A DNA stretch of 64,000 bases from Patescibacteria group bacterium (GCA_041665345.1 JBAYJA010000003.1:103202-167201), one strand, 5' to 3'; counted from the stretch's first letter, positions 1 through 8,573 are shown. Program-made: numbers and translations. The notes: generated from the letters alone by a model not told the origin.

Positions 1-117
1 CAAGCTCCCGCCTTCTGTAGCTTTGTTCACAGAGTGGGTTTGCTTCAGCAGAGCATCAACCAGGGTGGTTTTCCCGTGGTCAACGTGAGCGATAATGGCA
101 ACATTGCGGAGGGGCAT
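1..117 (-). CDS. typA: Translational GTPase TypA/BipA, N-terminal 39 aa only; the gene continues past the window start
   Basis: Reverse-strand translation from ATG (rc of 115-117) gives [26 protein letters not shown]..., the G1/P-loop of the BipA/TypA family. Confidence 0.7.
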   Translation of the reverse strand, partial: MPLRNVAIIAHVDHGKTTLVDALLKQTHSVNKATEGGSL

Positions 118-120
118 ACG

Positions 121-184
121 TTACGAATTACGAATACGGTTACGAATTACGAAAAGATGCTACGAAAATACGAATTACGAATGG
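121..184. repeat. Array of about 8 tandem or near-tandem TACGAA(T) hexa/heptamer units in the upstream region of typA
   Basis: ttacgaattacgaatacggttacgaattacgaaaagatgctacgaaaatacgaattacgaatgg; further isolated tacgaa copies occur near 262. Confidence 0.8.
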
Positions 185-461
185 GGAATGTGAGACAGTA
201 TCGCCCCGTCATACGACGAGGGCAGGCAGCCGTATTGGTTTACGGTTTCGTCACTAGGGGTACGAATCGTTTAACGATTTCCTTCCGCCGTAATCCGATA
301 CGGGTGGCGACCCCCTTCACCGAATTTCCCGACTTCGAAAATATGTAGGACTATCAAAAGCCGCACCTGTGCGGCACAAGCAGTGTAGCCGAGTGAAGGC
401 TTTTGGTCAACCATGTATACTGGGAGTGCCTACGGGTCTCACGCTTATCCCACAAACTCCT

Positions 462-815
462 ATGATGCTCCTCCTCCGCTGGGTTATCAATGCACTCCTC
501 GTCCTGCTCATTGCCTACGTTGTGCCAGGAATCCACGTGGCATCGTTCTGGAATGCCCTGTGGGTGGCGGTGGCTTTTGGTATTATCAATGCGGTAGTTC
601 GGCCTATTTTGCTGGTTCTGACCCTGCCGATTTCCCTAATTACCTTGGGTTTATTCACCCTGGTGCTCAATGCGGCGCTCTTCTGGTTCGTCAGTACCGT
701 GGTGAAAGGCTTTACGGTGGATAGTTTTATGGCCGCTTTTGTGGGTTCTTTGATCCTGTGGGTAGCCAGCTTTGTGACTAATCGGCTGCTCCACACCGCC
801 AAAGCAGTGGTCTAG
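462..815 (+). CDS. Small 4-TM membrane protein, DUF360 / phage-holin-4 superfamily-like (YvlD-like)
   Basis: ORF 369..815; hydrophobic core MMLLLRWVINALLVLLIAYVVPGIHV...; the internal ATG at 462 is the likely start (alternative GTG at 369). Confidence 0.55.
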   Translation: MMLLLRWVINALLVLLIAYVVPGIHVASFWNALWVAVAFGIINAVVRPILLVLTLPISLITLGLFTLVLNAALFWFVSTVVKGFTVDSFMAAFVGSLILWVASFVTNRLLHTAKAVV

Positions 816-1028
816 CACGGGTAGGTTATCCACATTCAGCCCACACCCCAGAGAAGTAACTTGGAGAAGTCTTTTCTTGGCTAATCTAAGCTAAAATATA
901 ACGTTTTTATCCTGGTCTCGCCCTTTGCTTTCTGGGGTTTTGCCTTGACTTATCCCAGGGGTGTGTTACAGTACCCCGTTCTAGAGGAACCTCCCGAAAT
1001 TGGGAGTTTTTCGTATTGATATTACCCT

Positions 1029-1568
1029 ATGCATTTTACCCGCAAGCAGTGGCGCCGTGCTCGATTGGTGCTCCAGATTCTGGTGGCACTCCTCACCTGG
1101 CAATTCGCCTTCCCCCAGCATGCTTTTGCCCAAGTGGTGGAAAGTACGCCGGAAGTGACTGAACAAACAACCACCATTCTTCCGCCCGATGTGGCGCCTG
1201 CCCCGGCCGTGCCCCCAGCAGTGCTGGAGGTGCCAAAACCGCCGGTTCCCAAGGACAAGCCACCCCGGCCAGTGGCCAAGGCACGAACAGTGGTGATGAC
1301 CGCCTACTCGTCTACAGTAGACCAGACCGACGGTGACCCGTTTACCACGGCCTCTGGGCAAAAGGTGCGGGATGGGATTATTGCCATGAATGGCGTCCCC
1401 TTTGGCACTAAGGTCCGGATCCCTGAGAAGTTTGGGAATAAGGTCTTCGTGGTGCAGGATCGGATGAACAGCCGCTATGGTTCTGCCCGCGCAGACATCT
1501 GGATGAAAACCCGCCATGACGCCAAGCAGTGGGGCGTGAAGCGGGTGAAGGTGGAAATTTTAAAGTAA
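1029..1568 (+). CDS. Secreted 3D-domain protein (YuiC/MltA-like peptidoglycan-binding fold) with a Pro-rich linker
   Basis: Signal peptide then a PAPAVPP linker; C-terminus TAYSSTVDQTDGDPFTTASGQKVRDGIIA...VFVVQDRMNSRYGSARADIWM matches 3D-domain signatures. Confidence 0.7.
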   Translation: MHFTRKQWRRARLVLQILVALLTWQFAFPQHAFAQVVESTPEVTEQTTTILPPDVAPAPAVPPAVLEVPKPPVPKDKPPRPVAKARTVVMTAYSSTVDQTDGDPFTTASGQKVRDGIIAMNGVPFGTKVRIPEKFGNKVFVVQDRMNSRYGSARADIWMKTRHDAKQWGVKRVKVEILK

Positions 1569-1571
1569 GAC

Positions 1572-1604
1572 ACTGGACTGGCGCATCTCGCGCCAGTCTT
1601 TTGT
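1572..1604 (+). terminator. Rho-independent terminator of the 3D-domain gene
   Basis: gactggcgc-atctc-gcgccagtc hairpin followed by ttttg. Confidence 0.75.
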
Positions 1605-1624
1605 TAGTGGTAGGATTTCTGTAG

Positions 1625-1711
1625 GCCAGGATGGCGGAATTGGTATACGCTGGAGACTTAAAATCTCCCGCCCGTAAGGGATTGAGGGTTCGACTCCCTC
1701 TCCTGGCACCA
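1625..1711 (+). tRNA. tRNA-Leu(UAA), type II, CCA encoded
   Basis: Acceptor gccagga/tcctggc, anticodon loop cttaaaa, long variable arm, T-loop ttcgact, 3' ACCA. Confidence 0.9.
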
Positions 1712-1759
1712 GGTGTTCATCACACTTTCCGCCAAAGGCGGATCCGCCTCTGGCGGAAA

Positions 1760-1807
1760 AATGTCGTCCCGAAAGGGTTGTCGGTTCGAATCCGACCGGC
1801 GGTACCA
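1760..1807 (+). other. tRNA-like 3' fragment (variable arm, T-arm, acceptor 3' strand, ACCA) with no matching 5' acceptor half nearby
   Basis: gtcgg-ttcgaat-ccgac T-arm then cggcggt-a-cca; no 5' partner of the form [ag][ct][ct]g[ct][ct]g was found within about 150 bp upstream (longer-range scan not done); upstream only GC hairpins (ccgcc aaa ggcgg; ccgcc tct ggcgg). Confidence 0.5.
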
Positions 1808-2004
1808 GCTCGTTTCGTGCTCCGCCCTGCGTGTAGCCGTTGCTACGGCTCCACTCCGGACTTTGCACGAAGCCTCGCTTTACCCCATTGATCGGTGCTC
1901 GCCCCAGAGCGGGCTGCGCTTCCGCTCAACGGGGACCCCGAAAAAACCCTGCTCCCCATTCGACTTTGCTCAGGGTGCGCGCCACATCTGTGGGGACCCC
2001 ACAA
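1805..2004 (+). repeat. tRNA-abutting structured repeat, copy A (longest and most diverged), starting at the CCA of the tRNA-like fragment
   Basis: CCAGCTCGTTTCG ... CGAAGCCTCGCTTTACCCCA ... TGCGCGCCACATCTGTGGGGACCCC; same modules as copies B-E. Confidence 0.75.
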
Positions 2005-2122
2005 GATAGAGCAATATGTATGAAACCTATTCAGAATACAATGTTGCTGGAGATACATGCTTCTGATTTTATGAAGCAGTATAAAATTTCCCAGTAGGAG
2101 TCTTGGGATTTCAGGTAAAACT

Positions 2123-2620
2123 ATGTTCTACAACTTCTGTCCAAAGTGCGGACATACATACTCGCATACGGAGAACCCGCACGCACTGGAGTGTAGTCAT
2201 TGCCATTTTACTTTTTTTCAACACTCAAAACCCACTGCGAGTGTGCTCATTGTTGATGGTCGGAAACTCCTGTTAGGCAAACGCCGAGTAGAGCCATCAA
2301 AGGGACAATGGGATGTTATCGGTGGGTTCTTGGAGTATGGCGAATCCCCGTCTGCAGGAGCAGCACGAGAAGCAAAGGAGGAAACTGGCCTCGATGTTGA
2401 GACGCATGATTTCTTAGGCTTTTTTATGGATACGTACGGTTCAGAAAAAGAAGCCACATTGAACATGTGCTTTGTGGGCACTGTTGTGGGCGGTGAACTT
2501 ACGCCAGGTGATGATATTGCAGAACTTCGGTGGTTTGCCATTTCGGATATCCCAAAAGCAATCGCCTTTCAAAATGGCCGCGACATGATTGATGCTTGGC
2601 TAGCGCAACTTTCTCCGTAG
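2123..2620 (+). CDS. NUDIX hydrolase with an N-terminal zinc-ribbon (NudC-like architecture)
   Basis: CPKCGH...CSHCH zinc ribbon; Nudix box GGFLEYGESPSAGAAREAKEETGL. Confidence 0.8.
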   Translation: MFYNFCPKCGHTYSHTENPHALECSHCHFTFFQHSKPTASVLIVDGRKLLLGKRRVEPSKGQWDVIGGFLEYGESPSAGAAREAKEETGLDVETHDFLGFFMDTYGSEKEATLNMCFVGTVVGGELTPGDDIAELRWFAISDIPKAIAFQNGRDMIDAWLAQLSP

Positions 2621-2628
2621 TGGCTTTC

Positions 2629-4440
2629 CTACTCTTCCCAAACGCTAGGTGTTGCGGCAATGTTTGGTGAGCCCGTGTAGCTGATAATTTGATTGGTATC
2701 CTTCGCCGTTATGGGCGCTGGATTTTTGCTCGATGCCTTCTCTTTGAGCCACTGTCCCAGGAGGTGCTTTTGCGATACCTGGTCTACCGCGTAGATTTTT
2801 CCTTCACCATTGCCATTTGCAATGAGTGCCACGGCTTGCATGGCCGCAATGTACATGAGGCTGCGGGTCAGGACAATATCCTCGCTTGGGGTTGCGTCTT
2901 TTTCGCGATCAAAATTAAAGGGGTAGCCGCCGTTGAGTACGGTTAGGGTGAAGCCCGCATGAACGTGCACTTTACGGGCGGCGAAAGGCTCGTTCGTTGG
3001 TAGCCCAAGCTTGAGTATTGAAGCAAATTCAACATCCGCTGAAGAAGCGCTGACCAGAATTTTGTTACCAGCCACTCGCTCAAGCGCAATCCCCTTTAGC
3101 GCATCTGTACCAGTGGTGCTAATCACAACTTCGTTGTCATTGAGCAATGCATCAATTGAGGCAGCGGTATTTTTCAATCCGACAGCAGCGCTAGCATCGT
3201 ATGACTGCGTGGAGAGGTTTTGCTTTTGCAAACAGGCGGCAATGGCTTGGCCAATGCTACCCATACCCAAGATGCCAATTTTTGTGGTGGGCGTCAGGAT
3301 TTTTTCCTGGAGCAGTTTGTCCACAATGGATTGCCCAATGAACTGTGATTCCAGAAGTTTCTTTATCCCGCTGGAGGCAACGCTCACGATGGGTGGGATG
3401 CGAAGGCCGTGGCTGGTAATCCGGGTTATGCCGCGTTGTGTTTGCTCCACTCCCGCAACCCGTACATTCGCCAGCTTGTCCCAGGGGAGGGAGAGCCAAA
3501 TATCACCACCGTCATCCACGATTAGCAGGTTTTTTGCCTTGCTCCGGCCCAGCTCTTCCAAGATTTTTGCCCAGAGGATTTCTACACTCTTCTGCACTGC
3601 GAATTCGTACGGCATGCCAGGTTCCATTCGCACTTGGACAACCTCGCATCCCGCTTGCACCAGGTTGGTGTAGGTTGCGCGCACGGTGGAATAGGGTTTT
3701 TCCAAAACGAACATTCGGCCAAAACCCACCAGGTGTGCTAGATGGCGGAACAATGGCTCATTATTCGGCAGCAAATGCGTGTGGGCGATGATGAGGTAGT
3801 CCCCCAACCGGGATTTCGTGGTGTGGCTCGCGACCCAGTCCAGGAGTGGGAGGGTCGTCAGCGGCTGCGGGACGCGATCGTTCCTGGCTAGCTCGGTAAG
3901 GTATACACGGAAGTCCCCCTGTGATTGGAGCGTTGCAGCACTGAAGAACAGAATTTCCGTGTGCTCATTTGCAACTAGCGTCCAGTCGCCAATATTCCGC
4001 GTGCGCTGCGTCAGCAGCCAATCGCTCGTTTCGAAAAGTCCAAGGAAGTCACCCGTGGAAAGTCGCTTGGTTGCCTTGCCGCCTTTTCGCACAACTACCT
4101 CACCTTTGAGGATGAGTCCCAAAGGGACAAAAGCGTACGTAAAAGCTGGGGTTTCTGGAAAATCGTTCGTCATTTTTCCTTGATCCACAATTGGCTGCAG
4201 TTTTGCATACTGGCCAATGAGAAACCCTTGCTCAGGCGAGTCAATCGCAGCAACTTGAGAAAAAAAAGTTTGCAACGCTTGGACATTTGCTCGCGCGGTA
4301 GAACCTAAGGTGTTGTAGGTCTCCGTAAGCTGCTGCAATAGCAATCCAGCCTGGCCAGCATCCAGTGTTGTGTACGGTTTGGTACGAAGTGCTGTTTCCA
4401 TAGGCTGAGTATAGGTACCCACTGGGAACAAGACAAACAC
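2629..4440 (-). CDS. Fusion protein: cyclic-nucleotide-binding domain plus S-adenosyl-L-homocysteine hydrolase-like (AdoHcyase fold, NAD-binding) domain
   Basis: cNMP motif FVPLGLILKGEVVVRK...TGDFLGLFE; AdoHcyase-like LLIVDDGGD, EQTQRGITRI (cf. TTTGVHRL), IPPIVSVASSG...SIVD (cf. VPAINVNDSV...SLVD), KIGILGMGSIGQAIA (cf. GYGDVGKGCA); GTG start. Confidence 0.6.
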   Translation of the reverse strand: MFVLFPVGTYTQPMETALRTKPYTTLDAGQAGLLLQQLTETYNTLGSTARANVQALQTFFSQVAAIDSPEQGFLIGQYAKLQPIVDQGKMTNDFPETPAFTYAFVPLGLILKGEVVVRKGGKATKRLSTGDFLGLFETSDWLLTQRTRNIGDWTLVANEHTEILFFSAATLQSQGDFRVYLTELARNDRVPQPLTTLPLLDWVASHTTKSRLGDYLIIAHTHLLPNNEPLFRHLAHLVGFGRMFVLEKPYSTVRATYTNLVQAGCEVVQVRMEPGMPYEFAVQKSVEILWAKILEELGRSKAKNLLIVDDGGDIWLSLPWDKLANVRVAGVEQTQRGITRITSHGLRIPPIVSVASSGIKKLLESQFIGQSIVDKLLQEKILTPTTKIGILGMGSIGQAIAACLQKQNLSTQSYDASAAVGLKNTAASIDALLNDNEVVISTTGTDALKGIALERVAGNKILVSASSADVEFASILKLGLPTNEPFAARKVHVHAGFTLTVLNGGYPFNFDREKDATPSEDIVLTRSLMYIAAMQAVALIANGNGEGKIYAVDQVSQKHLLGQWLKEKASSKNPAPITAKDTNQIISYTGSPNIAATPSVWEE

Positions 4441-4476
4441 CCCGTGGCCGGTTAGCCAACGAGTGTTTTGATGTCG

Positions 4477-4932
4477 TTAGTTCGTTACCGTCACCGTGCC
4501 CATCATCATGGTCGGGTGGATGTCACAGTGGTAGGGGAAGCTGCCGACGGCGTTGAACGTGAAGGAGAAGGTTTGCCCAGGTGCAATGCGGCTGCTGGCA
4601 AATTCATTTTTATCCCCGGCAATGATATGGGTCACACTGTCATTGTTGGTCCAGGTTACTTTCGTGCCTTTTTTCACGGAGATGGTTTGCGGGCTGAAGG
4701 CGAAGTTCTGCATGTTCACGCTTTCGGTTGCAGTGGTGACGGTAGTGTTCGTTGCAGCTGTATTGGCATTTGCGTTGTCCAGGTTTGACAGGTTCGTGTT
4801 TGCGACAGCAGTATTCACGTTTGCCGAATTCGTCACTGCAGTATTGGTACTGGCCTGCTTACTGCAGGCAGCGGTAACCAGCACAACAGCAAGAGCCAAG
4901 GGAAGAATAGTCATCAAACTGCGCTTGGACAT
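4477..4932 (-). CDS. Cupredoxin (plastocyanin/azurin-like blue-copper) lipoprotein
   Basis: Lipobox LVTAAC; Asn/Thr-rich linker; copper-ligand pattern H...YHCDIHPTMMMGTVTV. Confidence 0.75.
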   Translation of the reverse strand: MSKRSLMTILPLALAVVLVTAACSKQASTNTAVTNSANVNTAVANTNLSNLDNANANTAATNTTVTTATESVNMQNFAFSPQTISVKKGTKVTWTNNDSVTHIIAGDKNEFASSRIAPGQTFSFTFNAVGSFPYHCDIHPTMMMGTVTVTN

Positions 4933-5126
4933 AGGGCAAAGAGATTATTGGACGAGGCGATTGCACATCGCTTTGCTCCACTATACCCCTGTTCGGAGTT
5001 GTGGAACAGAGCTGAACATACTCTTGGGTATTTGCGAAAAATTCGGCGGTGGCAAAGGCCAGGCAGAAAGCCAGCAGGGTAAAGGCTCTTTTTATGCCTC
5101 AAACCCTAGACGTGTGCACTGCCGTG

Positions 5127-6698
5127 CTACCTCCTTATGAGCGAAGTGAGTTTTGCGGTACTTTTTAGTGTGGGTTTCTTCACCATGCGTGCCTCGACCG
5201 TGGCAGTAAATTTTTGGTACTTGGTTTTTTTTGGTGAGGTGAGGCGGACAACGAAGGTCTGCGTTTGACCCGAGACAATGACTGCTGTGGCAGATTTTTT
5301 CTTATTCACGGTTGCGGCCCAACCTTTGGGCAGGTTCGTGACGCGGAGTTCTGCTGTACGCCCTCCGCAGAGCACAGAGTTATGCTTCACGGTGACGTTG
5401 AAGCTGAGTTCTTGGCCGGGTTTCCCAATGCTTTTTATGGCTTTGGCGGTTACGGAGGGTGCTTTCCACTCGCAAAGCGATTCCCCGGTGAACCGCACCC
5501 GAATAGCCATGGCGGATGCATTCCGCGCCAGCACGCCAAAACTGACACCAGCCACGGGGTCGCTATAACTTGAACCAAGCGGCAGCGCTGGGTCGTAGAT
5601 ATCCATACCTCCACGCTGTGAACCCGGGGTCATGTCCAGTATCGTTGAACTGAACCGGGTGCCGGTAGAGTTTCCCATGTGGACGAGAACACCATTTGGT
5701 ACGCCCAATTGCTGCATGGTTGGAATGTAGCCAGTCACATTATCAAATCCGATGGACTGCCGGTATTCCAGGTAGTACCAACTAGTCACGTCGCCGTTGG
5801 CATCGCGAGCCTGGGGAATTTTCAGCACCTTTGGGCCAACGCCTGCGAGTTGGTATGGATATATAGTGAAGTCTTTTGATTGCGTTACCGTAATGACATC
5901 CGCTGGTGGTAGCCAGCCATAGTTCTCCCGTTGCTGCGCCGTCAAGAGCAACGACCGCGAGCCAGTTGCCCCCATGATATTGTAGTGGTCGGCATATTCA
6001 ACCTCCCTGCAGTTCGTGCCATTGATGACGGCCGGTGGGTCACATTGCCAAGAATTCGCGTGCGCCAATCCCATTAAGTGTGCCAGCTCATGGTGTGGAT
6101 TGCTGCCCATATTGCCGTTGATGTCCACAATGCCGTACCGTACATTCCCCGCTTCGGGCACTGGTGTATGCGACGCCAGACCTTCTGCGCCACACAGCTT
6201 CTGCCTGGAGAGCACCATGATCGTGTTGTACTGCGTATAGTCAATATCGGCGTCGGCTGCCGCAATTGCATCGCCGAAGTATGAGGTCCAATCACAGTCC
6301 CCGTCAGTCTCCGTCGCCGGCGTATCAATGACGTACCATGACCCGTTATTGTCGAACACATCGCCAGTGACGGAAACTTCGCCATTGGAAACTTCCGTAA
6401 AATACGAGGCCATGGAGTACGTATTGGAAAAGAGTTCGCCAGTCACAAAATTCTTTGTCCATGGATTTTTGGTACCGTAGATTTTTGGTTTTGTGGGATT
6501 ATCGGTAAAGGTTACCAGGATGACGGCAACTTTATAATTCGGGAAGGCTTCCAAGTAATTGTAACTAGTTGGAGCCGCCACGTAGCCTGCTTTCACCTGC
6601 AAGGGGAAAAGGAGTATTGCGATACACGTGACGAATACGCCGGTAGCGATGATTTTTTGGAGGGAGCGTGTGTATTGGTTCATGAAACTAGTATACAC
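5127..6698 (-). CDS. Secreted metzincin-type zinc metalloprotease
   Basis: Signal peptide; HELAHLMGLAH = HExxHxxGxxH; 523 aa. Confidence 0.7.
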   Translation of the reverse strand: MYTSFMNQYTRSLQKIIATGVFVTCIAILLFPLQVKAGYVAAPTSYNYLEAFPNYKVAVILVTFTDNPTKPKIYGTKNPWTKNFVTGELFSNTYSMASYFTEVSNGEVSVTGDVFDNNGSWYVIDTPATETDGDCDWTSYFGDAIAAADADIDYTQYNTIMVLSRQKLCGAEGLASHTPVPEAGNVRYGIVDINGNMGSNPHHELAHLMGLAHANSWQCDPPAVINGTNCREVEYADHYNIMGATGSRSLLLTAQQRENYGWLPPADVITVTQSKDFTIYPYQLAGVGPKVLKIPQARDANGDVTSWYYLEYRQSIGFDNVTGYIPTMQQLGVPNGVLVHMGNSTGTRFSSTILDMTPGSQRGGMDIYDPALPLGSSYSDPVAGVSFGVLARNASAMAIRVRFTGESLCEWKAPSVTAKAIKSIGKPGQELSFNVTVKHNSVLCGGRTAELRVTNLPKGWAATVNKKKSATAVIVSGQTQTFVVRLTSPKKTKYQKFTATVEARMVKKPTLKSTAKLTSLIRR

Positions 6699-6744
6699 CA
6701 GGGTGAGTTATGCAAAAGCTAACCCCGTAACTCCCCCTGTTCTA

Positions 6745-6887
6745 TTTTTTGGGCTCCCCACAGATGTGGCGCGCAACCCCGTCTTCGGGGTGAGCACGCG
6801 TCTGTGGGGTAAAGCGAGGCTTCGAGCGGAATCCGAAGTAGCCTCGCAGCAACGGGGCTACGAAGGGTGGAGCTCGAAACGAGCTGG
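6745..6887 (-). repeat. tRNA-abutting structured repeat, copy B (element on minus strand; ends at a CCA plus a 17-nt tRNA-Gly 3' fragment)
   Basis: rc reads ...cacccgctCCAGCTCGTTTCGAGCT...CGAAGCCTCGCTTTACCCCACAGACGCGTGCTC[accccgaagacggggt]TGCGCGCCACATCTGTGGGGAGCCCAAAAAA. Confidence 0.8.
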
Positions 6888-6904
6888 AGCGGGTGATGGG
6901 ATTC
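6884..6904. repeat. 21-bp direct repeat, copy 1 (ctggagcgggtgatgggattc): duplicate of the tRNA-Gly 3' end
   Basis: Identical to 7058..7078 (T-loop half to CCA of tRNA-Gly read on the minus strand). Confidence 0.85.
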
Positions 6905-7058
6905 CCCCTTCGGGGCCTGGGTTGCCCGGCGCCTCCGGCGCATCGGTCAACCCTGCTCATCCCAACGCGAGGCAAGCAGTTGCCTCGCTTCACCTCCAGG
7001 CCTTCCAAGGTGACAATTGTAGGTAGCAAAAAATACCTTGGAATTTTTAACTAAGGTC

Positions 7059-7133
7059 TGGAGCGGGTGATGGGATTCGCACCCACGGCCTCTTCCTTGG
7101 CAAGGAAGCGTTCTACTGCTGAACTACACCCGC
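7059..7133 (-). tRNA. tRNA-Gly(GCC), CCA encoded
   Basis: rc gcgggtgtagttcagcagtagaacgcttccttgccaaggaag...gtgggtgcgaatcccatcacccgctcca; anticodon loop ttgccaa. Confidence 0.9.
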
Positions 7134-7149
7134 ATAGTATTTATTGAAT

Positions 7150-7325
7150 TTTTTTCGGGGGTCCCCGCAGATGTGGCGCGCAGTCCCGCTGCGGGACGAG
7201 CACGCGTCTGTGGGGTAAAGCGAGCTGGCCTGCCAGCCGAAGCTTAGAGAAAACACTTTATGTCCTCCTACGCTCGGAAGCTTCGGAGGACAGCCTTCGC
7301 TCTCGCCAGAGCTCGTTGCGAAGGC
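7150..7325 (-). repeat. tRNA-abutting structured repeat, copy C (abuts the CCA of tRNA-Cys)
   Basis: ccccgcagatgtggcgcgca[gtcccgctgcgggac]gagcacgcgtctgtggggtaaagcgag...; the inner hairpin differs from copy B by compensatory changes. Confidence 0.75.
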
Positions 7326-7400
7326 TGGAGGCCACGGGCGGGATCGAACCGCCGAATAAGGGTTTTGCAGACCCTCGCCTTACCACTTGGCTACGTGGCC
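7326..7400 (-). tRNA. tRNA-Cys(GCA), discriminator U, CCA encoded
   Basis: rc ggccacgtagccaagtggtaaggcgagggtctgcaaaacccttattcggcggttcgatcccgcccgtggcctcca. Confidence 0.9.
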
Positions 7401-7469
7401 GCGCGCCCTTACCTCGCCCTGCTACAGGGCACAACCCATGCTACCAGACTCCCCTTGCAACGGCAACCC

Positions 7470-8573
7470 TTACCGATGGTCTGCGCCAACAGCCTGGCTC
7501 ACATTGGAGAATCCATCCCGTTGCAAAAGTGCCAGGAGACGCTTGTTGACGTGCTGAATGGTGGCTGGACCCCCAAAGATGAAACCGGTAATGAGCTGTA
7601 CCAGATTTGCGCCAGCGCGGATTTTTTCGTAGGCATGGTCACCGGTAAAAATGCCGCCTGTACCAATCAAAGTCAGTTTCCCCTGCGCGAGAGCGTATGC
7701 CCGTCGTATCGTTTCTGTGGAGAGGTTGCGAACAGGTTTGCCCGATAACCCACCTGGCCAGTCTGGATTATGGTCTGCTGGAAAATCTAGGAGCGTTCGG
7801 GCTTTGGCTTTGTCCTTGAGAAGATTGCCAATGACCAACCCTTGCATCTCGTACTTGCGTGCCAGATCTACAATTGCTTGAAGGTCGTTCTCATTCGTAT
7901 CTGGGCTGATCTTCAGGTAGGTTGGTTTACGAATATTGCCATTTTGTCGAGCTTTGTGCAGTGCCTGGAGCAATGGTTCAAGGGCTTGGGGATTGCTGAA
8001 TGGGGTGCCATCAGGAGTATTTGGGCAACTTAAGTTTATTGTGGTGTAGGCTCCTATTGCCCTCAGCCGAACGTAGGAAAGGACGTAATCCGCAATTGCT
8101 GCTTGGCCTATGCAGTCCGGTTGATTTGACTTTGCAATGGAAACGCCAAAGGGCATTTCCACGCGTGTGCGTTCCAGTCGCTGAGCAACGCGTTCCACCC
8201 CCTGGCTCCGTAAACCATAGTTCACCACCAGGGATTCGTTGCGCACCATGCGCCTGGCCCAGGGTTTGGGGTTGCCGGTGTAGGGCCGACCGGTAATGGA
8301 GCCAACTTCTGAAAAGCCAAAACCAAAGGTTTGCGCAAAATGGAGGTTGTGACCGTCCTTATCAAAACCCGCGGATAGGCCAATGGGGTTTTGGTATAGC
8401 ACGCCATCCACGGTTGTCTGTAGGGCCGGATGCTGCACCTGGAGAATGTGACGAAGCGCATGCCCAAGGATTGGCGTGCGTGCGGCAAATTCACTGCCGG
8501 TTGCTACGATTGGGTGAATGGTGTCTGGTGAGAAACGGTAGAGGATGGGTCGGAGGACGTGACGGTAGAGCAT
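7470..8573 (-). CDS. pyrD: Dihydroorotate dehydrogenase (quinone), class 2
   Basis: N-terminus MLYRHVLRPILYRFSPDTIH aligns to E. coli PyrD MYYPFVRKALFQLDPERAH; GLSGKP, IGTGGI motifs; the ORF extends to 8591, start chosen at the second Met. Confidence 0.85.
   Translation of the reverse strand: MLYRHVLRPILYRFSPDTIHPIVATGSEFAARTPILGHALRHILQVQHPALQTTVDGVLYQNPIGLSAGFDKDGHNLHFAQTFGFGFSEVGSITGRPYTGNPKPWARRMVRNESLVVNYGLRSQGVERVAQRLERTRVEMPFGVSIAKSNQPDCIGQAAIADYVLSYVRLRAIGAYTTINLSCPNTPDGTPFSNPQALEPLLQALHKARQNGNIRKPTYLKISPDTNENDLQAIVDLARKYEMQGLVIGNLLKDKAKARTLLDFPADHNPDWPGGLSGKPVRNLSTETIRRAYALAQGKLTLIGTGGIFTGDHAYEKIRAGANLVQLITGFIFGGPATIQHVNKRLLALLQRDGFSNVSQAVGADHR

Noticed and set aside
34-348. 104-aa ORF spanning the TACGAA repeat array
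   Set aside because: The reading frame is created by the tandem repeats, giving the periodic ITNTVTNYEK composition. There is no SD. It lies in the upstream region of typA. Treated as a non-coding repeat.
1712-1807. tmRNA or tRNA-Sec interpretation of the orphan tRNA 3' half
   Set aside because: The acceptor 3' strand cggcggt gives no G3:U70 (Ala identity needed for tmRNA) and no 5' partner. No UCA anticodon or extended acceptor for tRNA-Sec.
1560-2097. Several 60-100-aa ORFs across the tRNA/repeat region 1560-2100
   Set aside because: They overlap tRNA-Leu, the tRNA fragment and repeat copy A (GFEPTT-type tRNA translations). Non-coding RNA or repeat region.
7260-7748. ORFs 7260..7748 and 7316..7549 (+)
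   Set aside because: They read through tRNA-Cys (the GFADPRLTTW artefact of translating a tRNA) and antisense to pyrD. Not coding.
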